Source: Kagunavirus LF7074P3. Taken from it: 40,766 bases of DNA. The translations under genes were made by a program, and so were the position numbers. Positions 25,869-34,491 of this stretch are shown here, piece by piece. The stretch lies in the sequence record OZ035791.1; one strand, 5' to 3'. The notes beneath the pieces are model-generated. The model had not been told where the DNA came from and searched no databases. It saw nothing but the letters and a program-made list of their open reading frames with translations. Numbering within the stretch: the first letter of the stretch is position 1; each line of letters opens with the position of its first letter.

Positions 25869-28107
25869 ATCGCTTCATCTCCGCACCTTCAGCTACAAGA
25901 GGGAACCCCTCCGCCCATTCCGGTAATTCGCACATCAATCGTTCCAGTTCTGCTACATTATATTCCGGTGAATCTGGTGTCTCGCAGATAATCTCATCGT
26001 GTACGTGAAGTACAATCGGGTAGCCGTTTGCTTCTACGTTCAGCAGGGCATTAGCCAGCAAATCGCGGCACAGCGCCTGAGTGCAGTTTTCCACCAGTTT
26101 GCCTGAGTACGTGTACTGGAATCCCCACTGACGAGTTAACTGGTTCTCCCCCTGATACTTGATGCGCACGTTAGTAGAAACTTTCCCGTCTTCGTCCGTC
26201 TCTTTCGATACGCTCAATCCGACGCCAGGGTAAGACATTACGCGGCCTGACGGCAACGTCATACGCAACCACCAACCAGCGACTTTGTTGCCGTTGTTGT
26301 CTGTCTCCACGTTACGCGAAAACTTAACGCCGCGCGGCCCCGCGGTGAACTCTTTACCGGGATTGCGGATAGCCGCCATAGCTGCGTCTTCAATATCTCG
26401 CCAGAAAGCTACTGTTTCAGGATGAGACTCGCGCCACATACGCTTGATAGCGTCGCAGGTACGCCACACTTTCTTGTCCAGAATATATGATGGTCGGTCA
26501 TCTTTTTCACCGGGACGTGGTGGTCTCTTGGCTTCCTGAATACGCGCCCACTCATAACCCCGCGCGGTAGCGGCCCATATATGGCCTGGGAAAGTACCGT
26601 CCATTGTTTTAGCCATATCAAAAAGGTTTAAGCCGAGGTTTTTAGCAAACTGAACGAAAGCACCGACACCACCTGCATAGCCGAGGCCCAATTCACATGC
26701 TTTACCAATCTGGCGCAGGTCACTACGGCTTTCGAGAATGTAATCAGGGTCCATGCCAAACATCTTACCTGCAGTTACGCAGTAAATATCCAATCCCGCA
26801 CGGAAGGTATCTAGCGCGGTTTCTTCTCCTGCCAGCCATGCCAACCCGCGTCCTTCGACGTTAGAGTAATCGGCGACTACAAACTTATGTCCGGCTTCCG
26901 GTATGATGCAACTACGCACCGTCGACGCCGTTAGCTTGGCTACATCAAAACGGCGATGCGCACGACCTTTAAACAACAGGTCGATTCCGTAGGACAATGG
27001 GTGTGTTACTCTCCACCAGTCCTTCTCTGACATCCAGTCATAACGTACTTTCTTCTTTTTATTCTTCGGGTCGTCGTGATAGTACCCGCGCGCCAGGTTC
27101 TGCGGCTGGAAGCCTTTACCCGCAAACCGTAATGTACGCTTTGCCCCACCGTACTGGATGCAACCGCGGCGTCGGTCGTCCGACGAGCGACCTAACAGCA
27201 GCGGGTTATATTTCGTTGACGCGGTAGACGCGGCCCCGAGTCGCATCTCGATAATCGCGCTGGCGTCGTCCGGTAAATCGTCGTCAGCAAGCAGGTCGTT
27301 AAGCGTTGACTTCTGTGCGTTGTGAATACGGTGCGCCGGTGCGAGTTCACGCAGAATCGGAAGGAAGTCCTTTCCGGTAAGCGAGCCGCCGTATTTACGT
27401 TGGGCTTCTTCCTGTAACTGTGCTTTGTGCTTCTCCACGGCTTCAATCGCGGCTTCCGCCAGTGCCACGTCAACCTTAAACCCGCGGTCATTTATTAACT
27501 GATCCAGTTCCAGTACCCGGTCCTCGAATTCAGAGTTACCCCAACGCGGCAGCTTATAGAAGACTTCACGCATCGCAGTGATGTCGCTCACAGCGTACTT
27601 GATGAACAGAGCCCACTCGTCAGGGTGAGTTTCTGCGGTGTAGCGGCGGATTTTGTAGTTCTTTGGCGTCGGTTTAGAGAAACGCTTAATCAGCGCCTTG
27701 CCGCGTTTATCTTTCGCGTTGTCCGCGGATACACCCAGCACTTCGCACAACGCATCAAGTGAACCAGGCAGCGCGTGACGAAACGCCCAAATCATCGTAT
27801 CAATGGTGTTGCTTACCGGAATATCAAAGCCCCAGCAGTGTTTCATGATGAGCCTGTCGAACATTGAGCCGTTATGCCACACCATCTTGATGCGACTGTT
27901 TGGCTTCACCAGACGGCGTAACGCGCGGTGCAAATCCCCCGGCATGTCGCTGCCGTCTGTGCAATCCCATACCCGCACAGGCTCGTCGTCAAAAGCATAT
28001 GTACAAATAAGGACTTCGGTAGTTGGATGCTCAGCGTAAGCGTAGGAACCAACTTTCTTCAAATCGGCTTCGGAGAATGTTTCAAAGTCTAAGAACAGGT
28101 AACTCAT
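25858..28107 (-). CDS. family A DNA polymerase with 3'-5' exonuclease domain
   Basis: 749 aa; exo motif DFETFS near N-terminus; pol motifs DYSNVEGR (motif A), RQIGKACELGLGYAGG (motif B), HVHDEI (motif C). Confidence 0.9.
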   Translation of the reverse strand: MSYLFLDFETFSEADLKKVGSYAYAEHPTTEVLICTYAFDDEPVRVWDCTDGSDMPGDLHRALRRLVKPNSRIKMVWHNGSMFDRLIMKHCWGFDIPVSNTIDTMIWAFRHALPGSLDALCEVLGVSADNAKDKRGKALIKRFSKPTPKNYKIRRYTAETHPDEWALFIKYAVSDITAMREVFYKLPRWGNSEFEDRVLELDQLINDRGFKVDVALAEAAIEAVEKHKAQLQEEAQRKYGGSLTGKDFLPILRELAPAHRIHNAQKSTLNDLLADDDLPDDASAIIEMRLGAASTASTKYNPLLLGRSSDDRRRGCIQYGGAKRTLRFAGKGFQPQNLARGYYHDDPKNKKKKVRYDWMSEKDWWRVTHPLSYGIDLLFKGRAHRRFDVAKLTASTVRSCIIPEAGHKFVVADYSNVEGRGLAWLAGEETALDTFRAGLDIYCVTAGKMFGMDPDYILESRSDLRQIGKACELGLGYAGGVGAFVQFAKNLGLNLFDMAKTMDGTFPGHIWAATARGYEWARIQEAKRPPRPGEKDDRPSYILDKKVWRTCDAIKRMWRESHPETVAFWRDIEDAAMAAIRNPGKEFTAGPRGVKFSRNVETDNNGNKVAGWWLRMTLPSGRVMSYPGVGLSVSKETDEDGKVSTNVRIKYQGENQLTRQWGFQYTYSGKLVENCTQALCRDLLANALLNVEANGYPIVLHVHDEIICETPDSPEYNVAELERLMCELPEWAEGFPLVAEGAEMKRYAK

Positions 28108-28123
28108 TATTTTCGACCCTTAG

Positions 28124-28147
28124 TAAAAAGGCCCAATGAAGGGCCTT
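28124..28147 (-). terminator. partial terminator/attenuator between SSB-like gene and polymerase
   Basis: Minus-strand AGGCCC-TTCATT-GGGCCT hairpin followed by TTTTA. Confidence 0.4.
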
Positions 28148-28166
28148 AGTTAAATTGATTCAGATA

Positions 28167-28793
28167 TTATCGGCGACGACGTTCGCGGCGCGGTGCTTCA
28201 TCCTCTTCATCGTCTTCAAGGTCATCGACGCTTGCGGCTACTTTAGAACCGCCAAACGCTTTACCTTCACCAACGTATTTAATAGCCAGCAGGTTAACGC
28301 CGAGGACTTTGTATTTCTGGCTGAACCAGATTTCAACGCTTACGTTAGCGACGCAGCCGCTGTAAACCTGTTCACCTTCAATCTGTTCGCCGTCTACGTT
28401 GAAGTCCTGCTCTACCTGAGTCTCACCTTTTTTAGAGGTTACAATCAGCGGCTGCTTCTGTGCCTTCGCTTTGAAGTAGAAGCCTTCTGGGAAGTCTTCA
28501 AACGGGTTATCACGCTCAGCAATGTCTTTAATCGCGCATTTATCCATGTGCTTACCTTCGCCGTAGTTGGACTTCATCCATTTCTCGGCAGCAGCTGCGC
28601 CTAACGCTTCTTCAACTACAGCGTAAACAGTGTCGTAGAGTGCATCGATTTGAGCGTGGTCAGGCGGCAGGATGATAGTCGCGCTATACTGGCCTTTAGT
28701 GATGGAGCCATCATCGTTTTCACGGTCTTTTTCGCGTTCGAATACGTTAACCCATGCAGTGTTTACTTTACGCAGATTCAGTTTAATTCCCAT
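28167..28793 (-). CDS. ssDNA-binding protein-like (DUF2815-like)
   Basis: 208 aa with acidic C-terminal tail DDLEDDEEDEAP followed by RRERRRR; adjacent to Cas4-like nuclease as in known DUF2800/DUF2815 phage pairs (recall-based). Confidence 0.55.
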   Translation of the reverse strand: MGIKLNLRKVNTAWVNVFEREKDRENDDGSITKGQYSATIILPPDHAQIDALYDTVYAVVEEALGAAAAEKWMKSNYGEGKHMDKCAIKDIAERDNPFEDFPEGFYFKAKAQKQPLIVTSKKGETQVEQDFNVDGEQIEGEQVYSGCVANVSVEIWFSQKYKVLGVNLLAIKYVGEGKAFGGSKVAASVDDLEDDEEDEAPRRERRRR

Positions 28794-28847
28794 CTTAATT
28801 TCTCGCTTTTCAGTTTACTCCTGGAAGCTGCCAGGCCAGTGATTAGA

Positions 28848-28876
28848 ACTATAATAGCTAACTATTCAGGTGTCAA
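28848..28876 (-). promoter_or_regulatory. sigma70-like promoter TTGACA-N17-TATAGT (minus strand) with ATAG-N4-CTATTCA dyad
   Basis: Minus-strand gTTGACAcctgaatagttagctatTATAGT; 55 nt upstream of SSB-like gene start. Confidence 0.7.
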
Positions 28877-28880
28877 CAAT

Positions 28881-30122
28881 TTATTCTAAATCTTCTTCAC
28901 TAACCCGATTCCACTCAGGACGTTTGTCGTTTGCCGTTGCGACACATGGCGCTCCTGGCTTACGGGTAATGAAGTCTTTCAGTTCATCTTCCGGTATGAC
29001 TTTAACAGCTTCGGTTGGCGTCATGAGCACTTCTTTAGTCAGCTTGTCGCCGTAGAGTTCTGTTACTTTCTCCGCGTCTTTCCACGCACGGTTGCCCATC
29101 TTACCTTCAACCAGCTTGTACCCAGGAACTTTCTTACCGGAATGCAATGCGGCGGTCATCGCTTTCTCAACCTTGTCGATGTGCTGGCGTAACAGCGGCA
29201 ACTTCTCATACTCAACTACGAGTTGCTCCGTCGTCAGTTCCAGCGCAAAGTCGTCTTCCAGTTCTTCCGCCAGTACAGAATTAACCGTCTTTGTACGTGC
29301 GGCACACTGTTCAGAGAACCGGCACCACTGGCAACCATCGACCGACGGTTTAAAGTCCGACGCTTTCAGGTTCTTCTTTCCACGGAAATAAGCATCAAGC
29401 GCTAACAGTGCCCGTTTCTGTGCGAACTTAGCGAACAGTTCCAGACCTTCGACCGAGATGTCCCACTCTGACGCACCCCCTGCGTACGGCTGGAAGATGA
29501 CCAGGCGCACTACTGTGATGTTATAACGTCTCTTGAGTCGGCGATAAACACCGAGAGCGTAAAGCATAAGCTGCTTGTTTTCTTTCGCTTCGACACGATG
29601 CCGTCCTGTTTTAAGGTCGCCGATAATTAGCATGTGCTCATCGGTGTTAGCCAGTTCCTGAATGGCAACAAGGTCAGCGGTTCCGAACGTCTCAACGCCT
29701 TCATATCCCGGATGCAGCACCTCAGTAAGATTGACGCGCATTTCCAGCTTGGCATAAGTCGCTACGTCTATAATCGCTTTGCAGTAGTCGGTGTACTTGC
29801 GCACCTGCTCAATCATGTCCGCCGTGATTAGTACAGCGCCTTTCATCTGACTAATTAGCGCCTTAATCTGGCCTTTACCCTCGTCCAGCACGTAAGCGCC
29901 GACTTCACGCTCTAGCGGCAGTGCATTGCCGCGGATATAGGCGTTGAGATGTACCTCAGCTATGGTGTGCATAGCCGTGCCTAATACCGCGGCTTTACCG
30001 GACGTGTTGGGGATATCTTTCTCACAGGCCAGTGATGCGGCGCAGCTTAGCCACTTTTTAGCCCCGGACGGCGATAGTAAAGCGTGTACGTCGTTATTGC
30101 CACCGCGTTCTTTTAGTTTCAT
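28881..30122 (-). CDS. PD-(D/E)XK nuclease, Cas4/RecB-like (DUF2800-like)
   Basis: Motifs GTADLV ... IIGDLKTG ... QLMLYA and C-terminal Cys cluster CQWCRFSEQC; ATG 30122 with RBS GGGAG preferred (track start 30143). Confidence 0.7.
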   Translation of the reverse strand: MKLKERGGNNDVHALLSPSGAKKWLSCAASLACEKDIPNTSGKAAVLGTAMHTIAEVHLNAYIRGNALPLEREVGAYVLDEGKGQIKALISQMKGAVLITADMIEQVRKYTDYCKAIIDVATYAKLEMRVNLTEVLHPGYEGVETFGTADLVAIQELANTDEHMLIIGDLKTGRHRVEAKENKQLMLYALGVYRRLKRRYNITVVRLVIFQPYAGGASEWDISVEGLELFAKFAQKRALLALDAYFRGKKNLKASDFKPSVDGCQWCRFSEQCAARTKTVNSVLAEELEDDFALELTTEQLVVEYEKLPLLRQHIDKVEKAMTAALHSGKKVPGYKLVEGKMGNRAWKDAEKVTELYGDKLTKEVLMTPTEAVKVIPEDELKDFITRKPGAPCVATANDKRPEWNRVSEEDLE

Positions 30123-30277
30123 GCTCTTAAACTCCCACCCCATTTAACTTTACGCGTTTTGCGTTTATATGCGCACGTGTCGCCGCTACGGTTGAATATA
30201 ATCAGCCAAGTCGAGTTGCTTACTCGAAAAGGCTGGTGGCGTTTAATAAAGAGAAGTCGCGCTTTACGGTTCGTCAT
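30119..30277 (-). CDS. small basic protein (52 aa)
   Basis: ATG with AGGAG 8 nt upstream; stop overlaps nuclease ATG (ATGA); not in ORF track. Confidence 0.35.
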   Translation of the reverse strand: MTNRKARLLFIKRHQPFRVSNSTWLIIFNRSGDTCAYKRKTRKVKWGGSLRA

Positions 30278-30317
30278 TCTGTAAACTCCTAAATCCACGC
30301 GAAATCAGAATACATAA

Positions 30318-30596
30318 TTACAAACATGCTCTGTTCTCCCACTGGTCAATTAAATGTCTGGTCTGGTGCTGGCAATGCATGGCCCATCCATACATCGACT
30401 CGAAGACATAAAAGTCAGGCTTGGCAAAAGTCGTGCGCTTAATCTGCGACACATGACGGCCTATATCTTTAGCCCGCGGTACTTTGCCTAAGTACGCCAT
30501 CTCTTCCATCTGGTGTGCACCGGACGGCGCACGCAATAACCATAGCGCCTCTGTGTTATCCCGCCGGTCAACGGCGCGGTATAGTTGGTAAATCAT
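30318..30596 (-). CDS. hypothetical protein
   Basis: 92-aa ORF in leftward operon. Confidence 0.45.
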   Translation of the reverse strand: MIYQLYRAVDRRDNTEALWLLRAPSGAHQMEEMAYLGKVPRAKDIGRHVSQIKRTTFAKPDFYVFESMYGWAMHCQHQTRHLIDQWENRACL

Positions 30597-30639
30597 AATC
30601 CCGACCCTCAGTTAAAGCGGCCCGAAGGCCGCGAGATAA

Positions 30640-31107
30640 TTATTCTTCTTCGAAATACTTGTTCTTGATTGCCGTCAGGCGTTCCAGGTATTCAGCAAGG
30701 TCTTCGTCTTTAATCGCGGCAATCTTCATCTTCTTACCGGTGAACTCTTCCAGCAGTTCATCGGAATCATCGCACGCGGCGTCGCTCGGACCTTCGTTAA
30801 TTGCATCGTCGATAGCCTGAATCTGGTCACGCAGAGACTGGTAATCTACTTCTTCCTTCTCTTCCGGTTCTGGCGTCGGTTCCTCTACTTTAGATTTACG
30901 CGGCTTGCGTTTCGGCTTCTCTTCTTCTGCTGGTTTAGTGTCAACGATGTCTTCACCTTCAACCGGGATTTCTTTTGTTGCTTCTTTTGCAACATCAGGC
31001 TCGGTTGTTGCGGTTTCAGCAACGACAACTTGTTTCGCGCTGTTCGCAGCAATCAGTTCATGGGCTACTACGAAACGTTCCAGTAATTTTAAGAATTGGT
31101 CTAACAT
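30640..31107 (-). CDS. highly acidic hypothetical protein
   Basis: 155 aa, long Glu/Asp-rich stretches with one KRKPRKSK patch; first gene downstream of leftward promoter 31139-31168; RBS GAGGAG. Confidence 0.5.
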   Translation of the reverse strand: MLDQFLKLLERFVVAHELIAANSAKQVVVAETATTEPDVAKEATKEIPVEGEDIVDTKPAEEEKPKRKPRKSKVEEPTPEPEEKEEVDYQSLRDQIQAIDDAINEGPSDAACDDSDELLEEFTGKKMKIAAIKDEDLAEYLERLTAIKNKYFEEE

Positions 31108-31138
31108 TTGTTTCTCTCCTCTCGTTTGGTATGGGTTA

Positions 31139-31168
31139 ACTATAATAGCGAACTATTCATGATGTCAA
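31139..31168 (-). promoter_or_regulatory. sigma70-like promoter TTGACA-N18-TATAGT (minus strand) with ATAG-N4-CTATTCA dyad
   Basis: Minus-strand aTTGACAtcatgaatagttcgctattATAGT. Confidence 0.65.
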
Positions 31169-31173
31169 TGGGC

Positions 31174-31204
31174 TTTTCTAAAATAATTAATATGGTACTA
31201 TTCA
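31174..31204 (+). promoter_or_regulatory. candidate rightward promoter/operator for cro-like gene
   Basis: ATAT-ggta-CTATTCA dyad (31190-31204) with TACTAT -10-like hexamer; -35 poorly defined. Confidence 0.3.
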
Positions 31205-31232
31205 CATATCAACTGACTAAGGAGTAATTGAC

Positions 31233-31448
31233 ATGCAACCATCTGAACTAGGCATCCGTGTAGAGCAACGCCGTAAAGAACTCGGTATCTCCCAGCGCCA
31301 TCTGGCTGTCCTGGCCGGTGTTTCCCAAGGCGCGATTAACCAGCTGGCACTTGGAGTAACTCAGGACGTCCGCCCGGCGACGCTGTTTAAACTGGCGGAA
31401 GTGCTGGAAGTAGACGCCAAGTGGCTGGCGTTCGGTGAAGGGGCTTAA
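31233..31448 (+). CDS. Cro/CI-type (XRE-family) HTH DNA-binding protein
   Basis: 71 aa; ...ELGISQRHLAVLAGVSQGAINQL... HTH; RBS AGGAG; transcribed opposite to surrounding leftward genes. Confidence 0.75.
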   Translation: MQPSELGIRVEQRRKELGISQRHLAVLAGVSQGAINQLALGVTQDVRPATLFKLAEVLEVDAKWLAFGEGA

Positions 31449-31463
31449 CGCCCCTTTCTTTTT
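31439..31463 (+). terminator. rho-independent terminator (rightward only)
   Basis: AGGGGC-TTAAC-GCCCCT hairpin + TTTCTTTTT overlapping cro-like stop. Confidence 0.7.
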
Positions 31464-31465
31464 AC

Positions 31466-33673
31466 CTATTCCAAATCCTCTTCTGTCACCACCAGCATTT
31501 CATTCGGTTCGTATATTGTCTTCGGTCTTAGTCTATCCCCTATTCTTTCAGGTATACGATACGTTCTCGGTACTACTTCGCCATTAGCATCACAGCCTAG
31601 CATTAGTTCACCATCTTTCAGCATTTTATCAAGATGGGTGTTAGTCACAGAAAAGTCACCGGAACGGGCCACTATCTGCTGCTGAGTAAAACCGCGACCT
31701 GTGTCATCTGACTGTTGCAGGTCTTCCAGTGCCGAAAGTATCGACTCCTTCCTTACTTCATCCCTGCCGCGTTTAACTTCTTCCTTTACTTTTTGTTTAC
31801 CTTCGTTAGTTAACCCTTCTTCCCGCTCTTTCTCCTCGTCAGTTTTGAACGGCTCGAAGCCCCACGGCATCAGAACAAGCGCCTTGTGTGGTTCCGGCAG
31901 GTCGAGGTTTACGATTGTGCCGTATTCCTCTGTGCTGCCCAAGAACTCAACAGCACGGTACTCTTTCGGCGGTGGTGCTTCACGGAACTGTACAGACTCA
32001 AGTACCATGCCAACCGTTTTCTGTTGAGGCCCGTGCTTAAATTTCGAGTGGTATACGTTTATCTGACGGTCGGTTGCACGTTCTATTGTCAGTTCCACAT
32101 CGACACCCGCATACAGCGCCCCGCTGCCACGGGCTTTCTTTCCGCCCTTCGGTGTATGGTGGACGACGCCCACCGCGGCTTTAGTTGCGTCACGTACTTC
32201 TTTAAGGATGGCGATAACTTTACCCATGCCGATTGCCGTTGATGAACTGTTCTCGTCGAACTTATCAATCGTCATGGCCAGTGTCTGGTTAAGGGTGTCG
32301 AACGCAACCATCCCAATTGGCTCGTCACCCGCAGTTTCTCGCATTAGCTTAATCAGGCTTTTCAGTTTGCCAACTTCGCCCATATCGATGACATGTACAT
32401 AATCTTTACCTTCCTCGCCGTATTTAGCCGCGAGTGCATCAATACGGGTGCGTGTGGCAGCACCGCCCTCACCGTCAATATAGAAATGGTGGCAACGCTG
32501 TGTATCAGCGCCTGCAAACCGGTACCCGGCGGCGCTCAGGTACATCATACCCAGCGTATAGAATGATTTATATGTGCCGGATTCCCCGACGATGTCCCAG
32601 ATGCAATCCGACGGCATGTACCCTTCAACGACGAAATCAGCCTTTACCGGTTCAGGTAACTCGTCATCGTCTTCAAGGTCTTCCAGTGTACAAGTTACAG
32701 GCTCCTCGTTCTCTGTGCGGTGCAGTTCTTCAATCTCTTCATCCGGTAAATCAGGCAGAGCCGCACGAATGCTGTTAATACTGATAGGTTGCTTGTCTAC
32801 GTTAAGCTCGTCCGGAAGGCCGCACATACGCAGGGCCAAATGTTGTCGGCGGTTAAGCTCAGTGCAAGCACCGTTGTTTGTGTGCTGGCACACGAAGCGC
32901 ACTTCTTTACCGTCGAGCATGATGCTGGTGGAGCCTTTGCCGGTGTGCAGGTGTTCGTTAGGGCAAGGCACTTCGTACCCGCGACCGGAAGATAAAGCGT
33001 CAAGGCCAAGCTCCGCTTCGCAGAAATGCGCTATATCCGCGTTAAGCCCATGCTCATCGGCAGCAAGGGTCTTAGCTTCACGCTTACGCAACCCCATTTC
33101 TTCGGCTTTCTTGATGTACCGCTCGGCACGGATAACACGCCCTTCTGTAACCGTTATCTTCGACTCTTTATGCGGCAGGTAGATAAGGCGGTTGCCATCT
33201 TCTGTGCAGTGGTCGCGCAATGCTTCGTCTATTTCTAACTCAGCACAAATAGCACGTTGCACCATCCACGCGTCGTTAGAGTTAAACGGCGTGCGGGCCG
33301 GTACAAGAACGCGGAAAGCGTAGTCACCGTTTTTACACGCGTGCTGGTGCGACGCCGTTGTGTGCAGAATATTGAAGAACGGCGCGTTCTTGAATTTGCG
33401 GGTGAGGTCGCGGTACTGGGTACGGTTTAGATGGTCGAAATCGAACTTAACCACACTGTCTTCCAGAATCGCGTTCTTACGGCGACCGCCAACCGGCGCA
33501 ATAGCTTTCTGCTTAATCTTGGCCGCGTCGTACTCTTCCTTAGTCCATGACGGGTCTACGGACAGACGCTTCGATGTATCGCAGACATACTCTACAAACT
33601 GCTCCAGTGGCATTTCACGGGCTACCGGGTTTTTATCGAAAGTGTTACGCAGCGTTGCAAAAACAATATTCAT
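31466..33673 (-). CDS. DNA primase / RecA-like ATPase (primase-helicase-like) replication protein
   Basis: 735 aa; central Cys/His zinc-binding-like segment (CPNEHLHTGK...C), Walker A-like GESGTYKS and Walker B-like VAFDTL. Confidence 0.7.
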   Translation of the reverse strand: MNIVFATLRNTFDKNPVAREMPLEQFVEYVCDTSKRLSVDPSWTKEEYDAAKIKQKAIAPVGGRRKNAILEDSVVKFDFDHLNRTQYRDLTRKFKNAPFFNILHTTASHQHACKNGDYAFRVLVPARTPFNSNDAWMVQRAICAELEIDEALRDHCTEDGNRLIYLPHKESKITVTEGRVIRAERYIKKAEEMGLRKREAKTLAADEHGLNADIAHFCEAELGLDALSSGRGYEVPCPNEHLHTGKGSTSIMLDGKEVRFVCQHTNNGACTELNRRQHLALRMCGLPDELNVDKQPISINSIRAALPDLPDEEIEELHRTENEEPVTCTLEDLEDDDELPEPVKADFVVEGYMPSDCIWDIVGESGTYKSFYTLGMMYLSAAGYRFAGADTQRCHHFYIDGEGGAATRTRIDALAAKYGEEGKDYVHVIDMGEVGKLKSLIKLMRETAGDEPIGMVAFDTLNQTLAMTIDKFDENSSSTAIGMGKVIAILKEVRDATKAAVGVVHHTPKGGKKARGSGALYAGVDVELTIERATDRQINVYHSKFKHGPQQKTVGMVLESVQFREAPPPKEYRAVEFLGSTEEYGTIVNLDLPEPHKALVLMPWGFEPFKTDEEKEREEGLTNEGKQKVKEEVKRGRDEVRKESILSALEDLQQSDDTGRGFTQQQIVARSGDFSVTNTHLDKMLKDGELMLGCDANGEVVPRTYRIPERIGDRLRPKTIYEPNEMLVVTEEDLE

Positions 33674-33798
33674 TTCTTTTTCTCCGCGCGTTCTAAGGCT
33701 TCCTGCATACGACGCATTGCGCGGTTCATCTTTACCGGTGCGAAGAAATCAGCGCCGTGTTTCTGGCGGCGCAACTGTGGAACTATTAACTTCGTCAT
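33670..33798 (-). CDS. small basic protein (42 aa)
   Basis: RBS AAGGA; stop overlaps primase ATG (ATGA). Confidence 0.3.
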   Translation of the reverse strand: MTKLIVPQLRRQKHGADFFAPVKMNRAMRRMQEALERAEKKK

Positions 33799-33838
33799 TG
33801 TATAATCCTTGTGCTTACTTTGATGATTTGTGCTTCGG

Positions 33839-33869
33839 CCCCGACGTTCTAGCGTTGGGGTTTCTTTTT
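33839..33869 (+). terminator. plus-strand hairpin + T-tract inside leftward operon
   Basis: CCCCGACG-TTCTAG-CGTTGGGG (one G-U) followed by TTTCTTTTT; hairpin weaker on minus strand. Confidence 0.4.
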
Positions 33870-34158
33870 ACCGTTTAGCCAACTCTTCCAGCAAATTTTT
33901 ATACTCTTCAAAATATTCCTCGACCAAATCATCGCCGAAATAGAAGTCGATATACTCGAGATTATCTCTTACGTTAAGCGACGCAGACATGGTGCTTAGT
34001 TGGCGTAAGCTAATTAGCTTCATTTCTGTTTCTACACAGAAAGGCCGGTAGGTATCGAGGTGGCAAGAGATGTTGAAGCATAAAGCGAACTCTCCCGCCA
34101 CGGAGTGAACCATATACACTTCGTTTTCTGCTTTATTGTGGAAAATTACACCTTTCAT
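33868..34158 (-). CDS. hypothetical protein
   Basis: 96-aa ORF, ATGA overlap with upstream HTH gene. Confidence 0.45.
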   Translation of the reverse strand: MKGVIFHNKAENEVYMVHSVAGEFALCFNISCHLDTYRPFCVETEMKLISLRQLSTMSASLNVRDNLEYIDFYFGDDLVEEYFEEYKNLLEELAKR

Positions 34159-34337
34159 TTCACATTCTCCTTAATCCATTCTTCAACTTTATTACGGTCA
34201 AATGTACCTGGTAAACGGCGACCCATAACCTTAATACAACAATCAGGGAATTTACCACTGCGCAACCAGTTATTAATTGTCTGACGTGTTACCCCAATAC
34301 GCTCGGCTACTTCATTCTGGGTCATGTAATGTTGCAT
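34155..34337 (-). CDS. small HTH DNA-binding protein (AlpA/excisionase-like fold)
   Basis: 60 aa from ATG 34337 (RBS AGGAG); ...MTQNEVAERIGVTRQTINNWL...; track ORF to 34451 judged an extension across promoter DNA. Confidence 0.55.
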   Translation of the reverse strand: MQHYMTQNEVAERIGVTRQTINNWLRSGKFPDCCIKVMGRRLPGTFDRNKVEEWIKENVK

Positions 34338-34368
34338 TTTTATATCTCCTGTTTGTTTGGTGAAGCTG

Positions 34369-34397
34369 AGTATAGGATAGCGGGAATGTAAAAGCAA
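34369..34397 (-). promoter_or_regulatory. leftward early promoter TTGCTT-N17-TATACT
   Basis: Minus-strand hexamers with 17-nt spacer, about 25 nt upstream of ATG 34337. Confidence 0.5.
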
Positions 34398-34434
34398 CCA
34401 ATCCCTGCAATATTTAATCTTTACAAAAAAGTTA

Positions 34435-34464
34435 TTGAAAGTTCTTGACACATGTTTGTATAAT
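34435..34464 (+). promoter_or_regulatory. rightward promoter TTGAAA-N18-TATAAT
   Basis: Consensus -10 TATAAT at 34459-34464; divergent from leftward promoter; no ORF for about 350 nt downstream. Confidence 0.5.
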
Positions 34465-34491
34465 GGTTTTGGGACTTGTATATATTACGGA

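Noticed and set aside
28155-28604. 149-aa plus-strand ORF
   Set aside because: Antisense to the SSB-like gene; hydrophobic translation typical of an antisense frame.
30597-30640. Hairpin GCGGCC-TTCG-GGCCGC between two minus-strand genes as a terminator
   Set aside because: On the minus strand it is followed by only three T; more likely an intra-operon stabilising hairpin than a terminator.
32574-33182. 202-aa plus-strand Ser-rich ORF inside the primase gene
   Set aside because: Antisense low-complexity frame within a well-supported 735-aa minus-strand gene.
34338-34451. N-terminal extension of the HTH ORF to the track start at 34451
   Set aside because: The extension covers the divergent promoter region; the internal ATG at 34337 has a strong AGGAG RBS.
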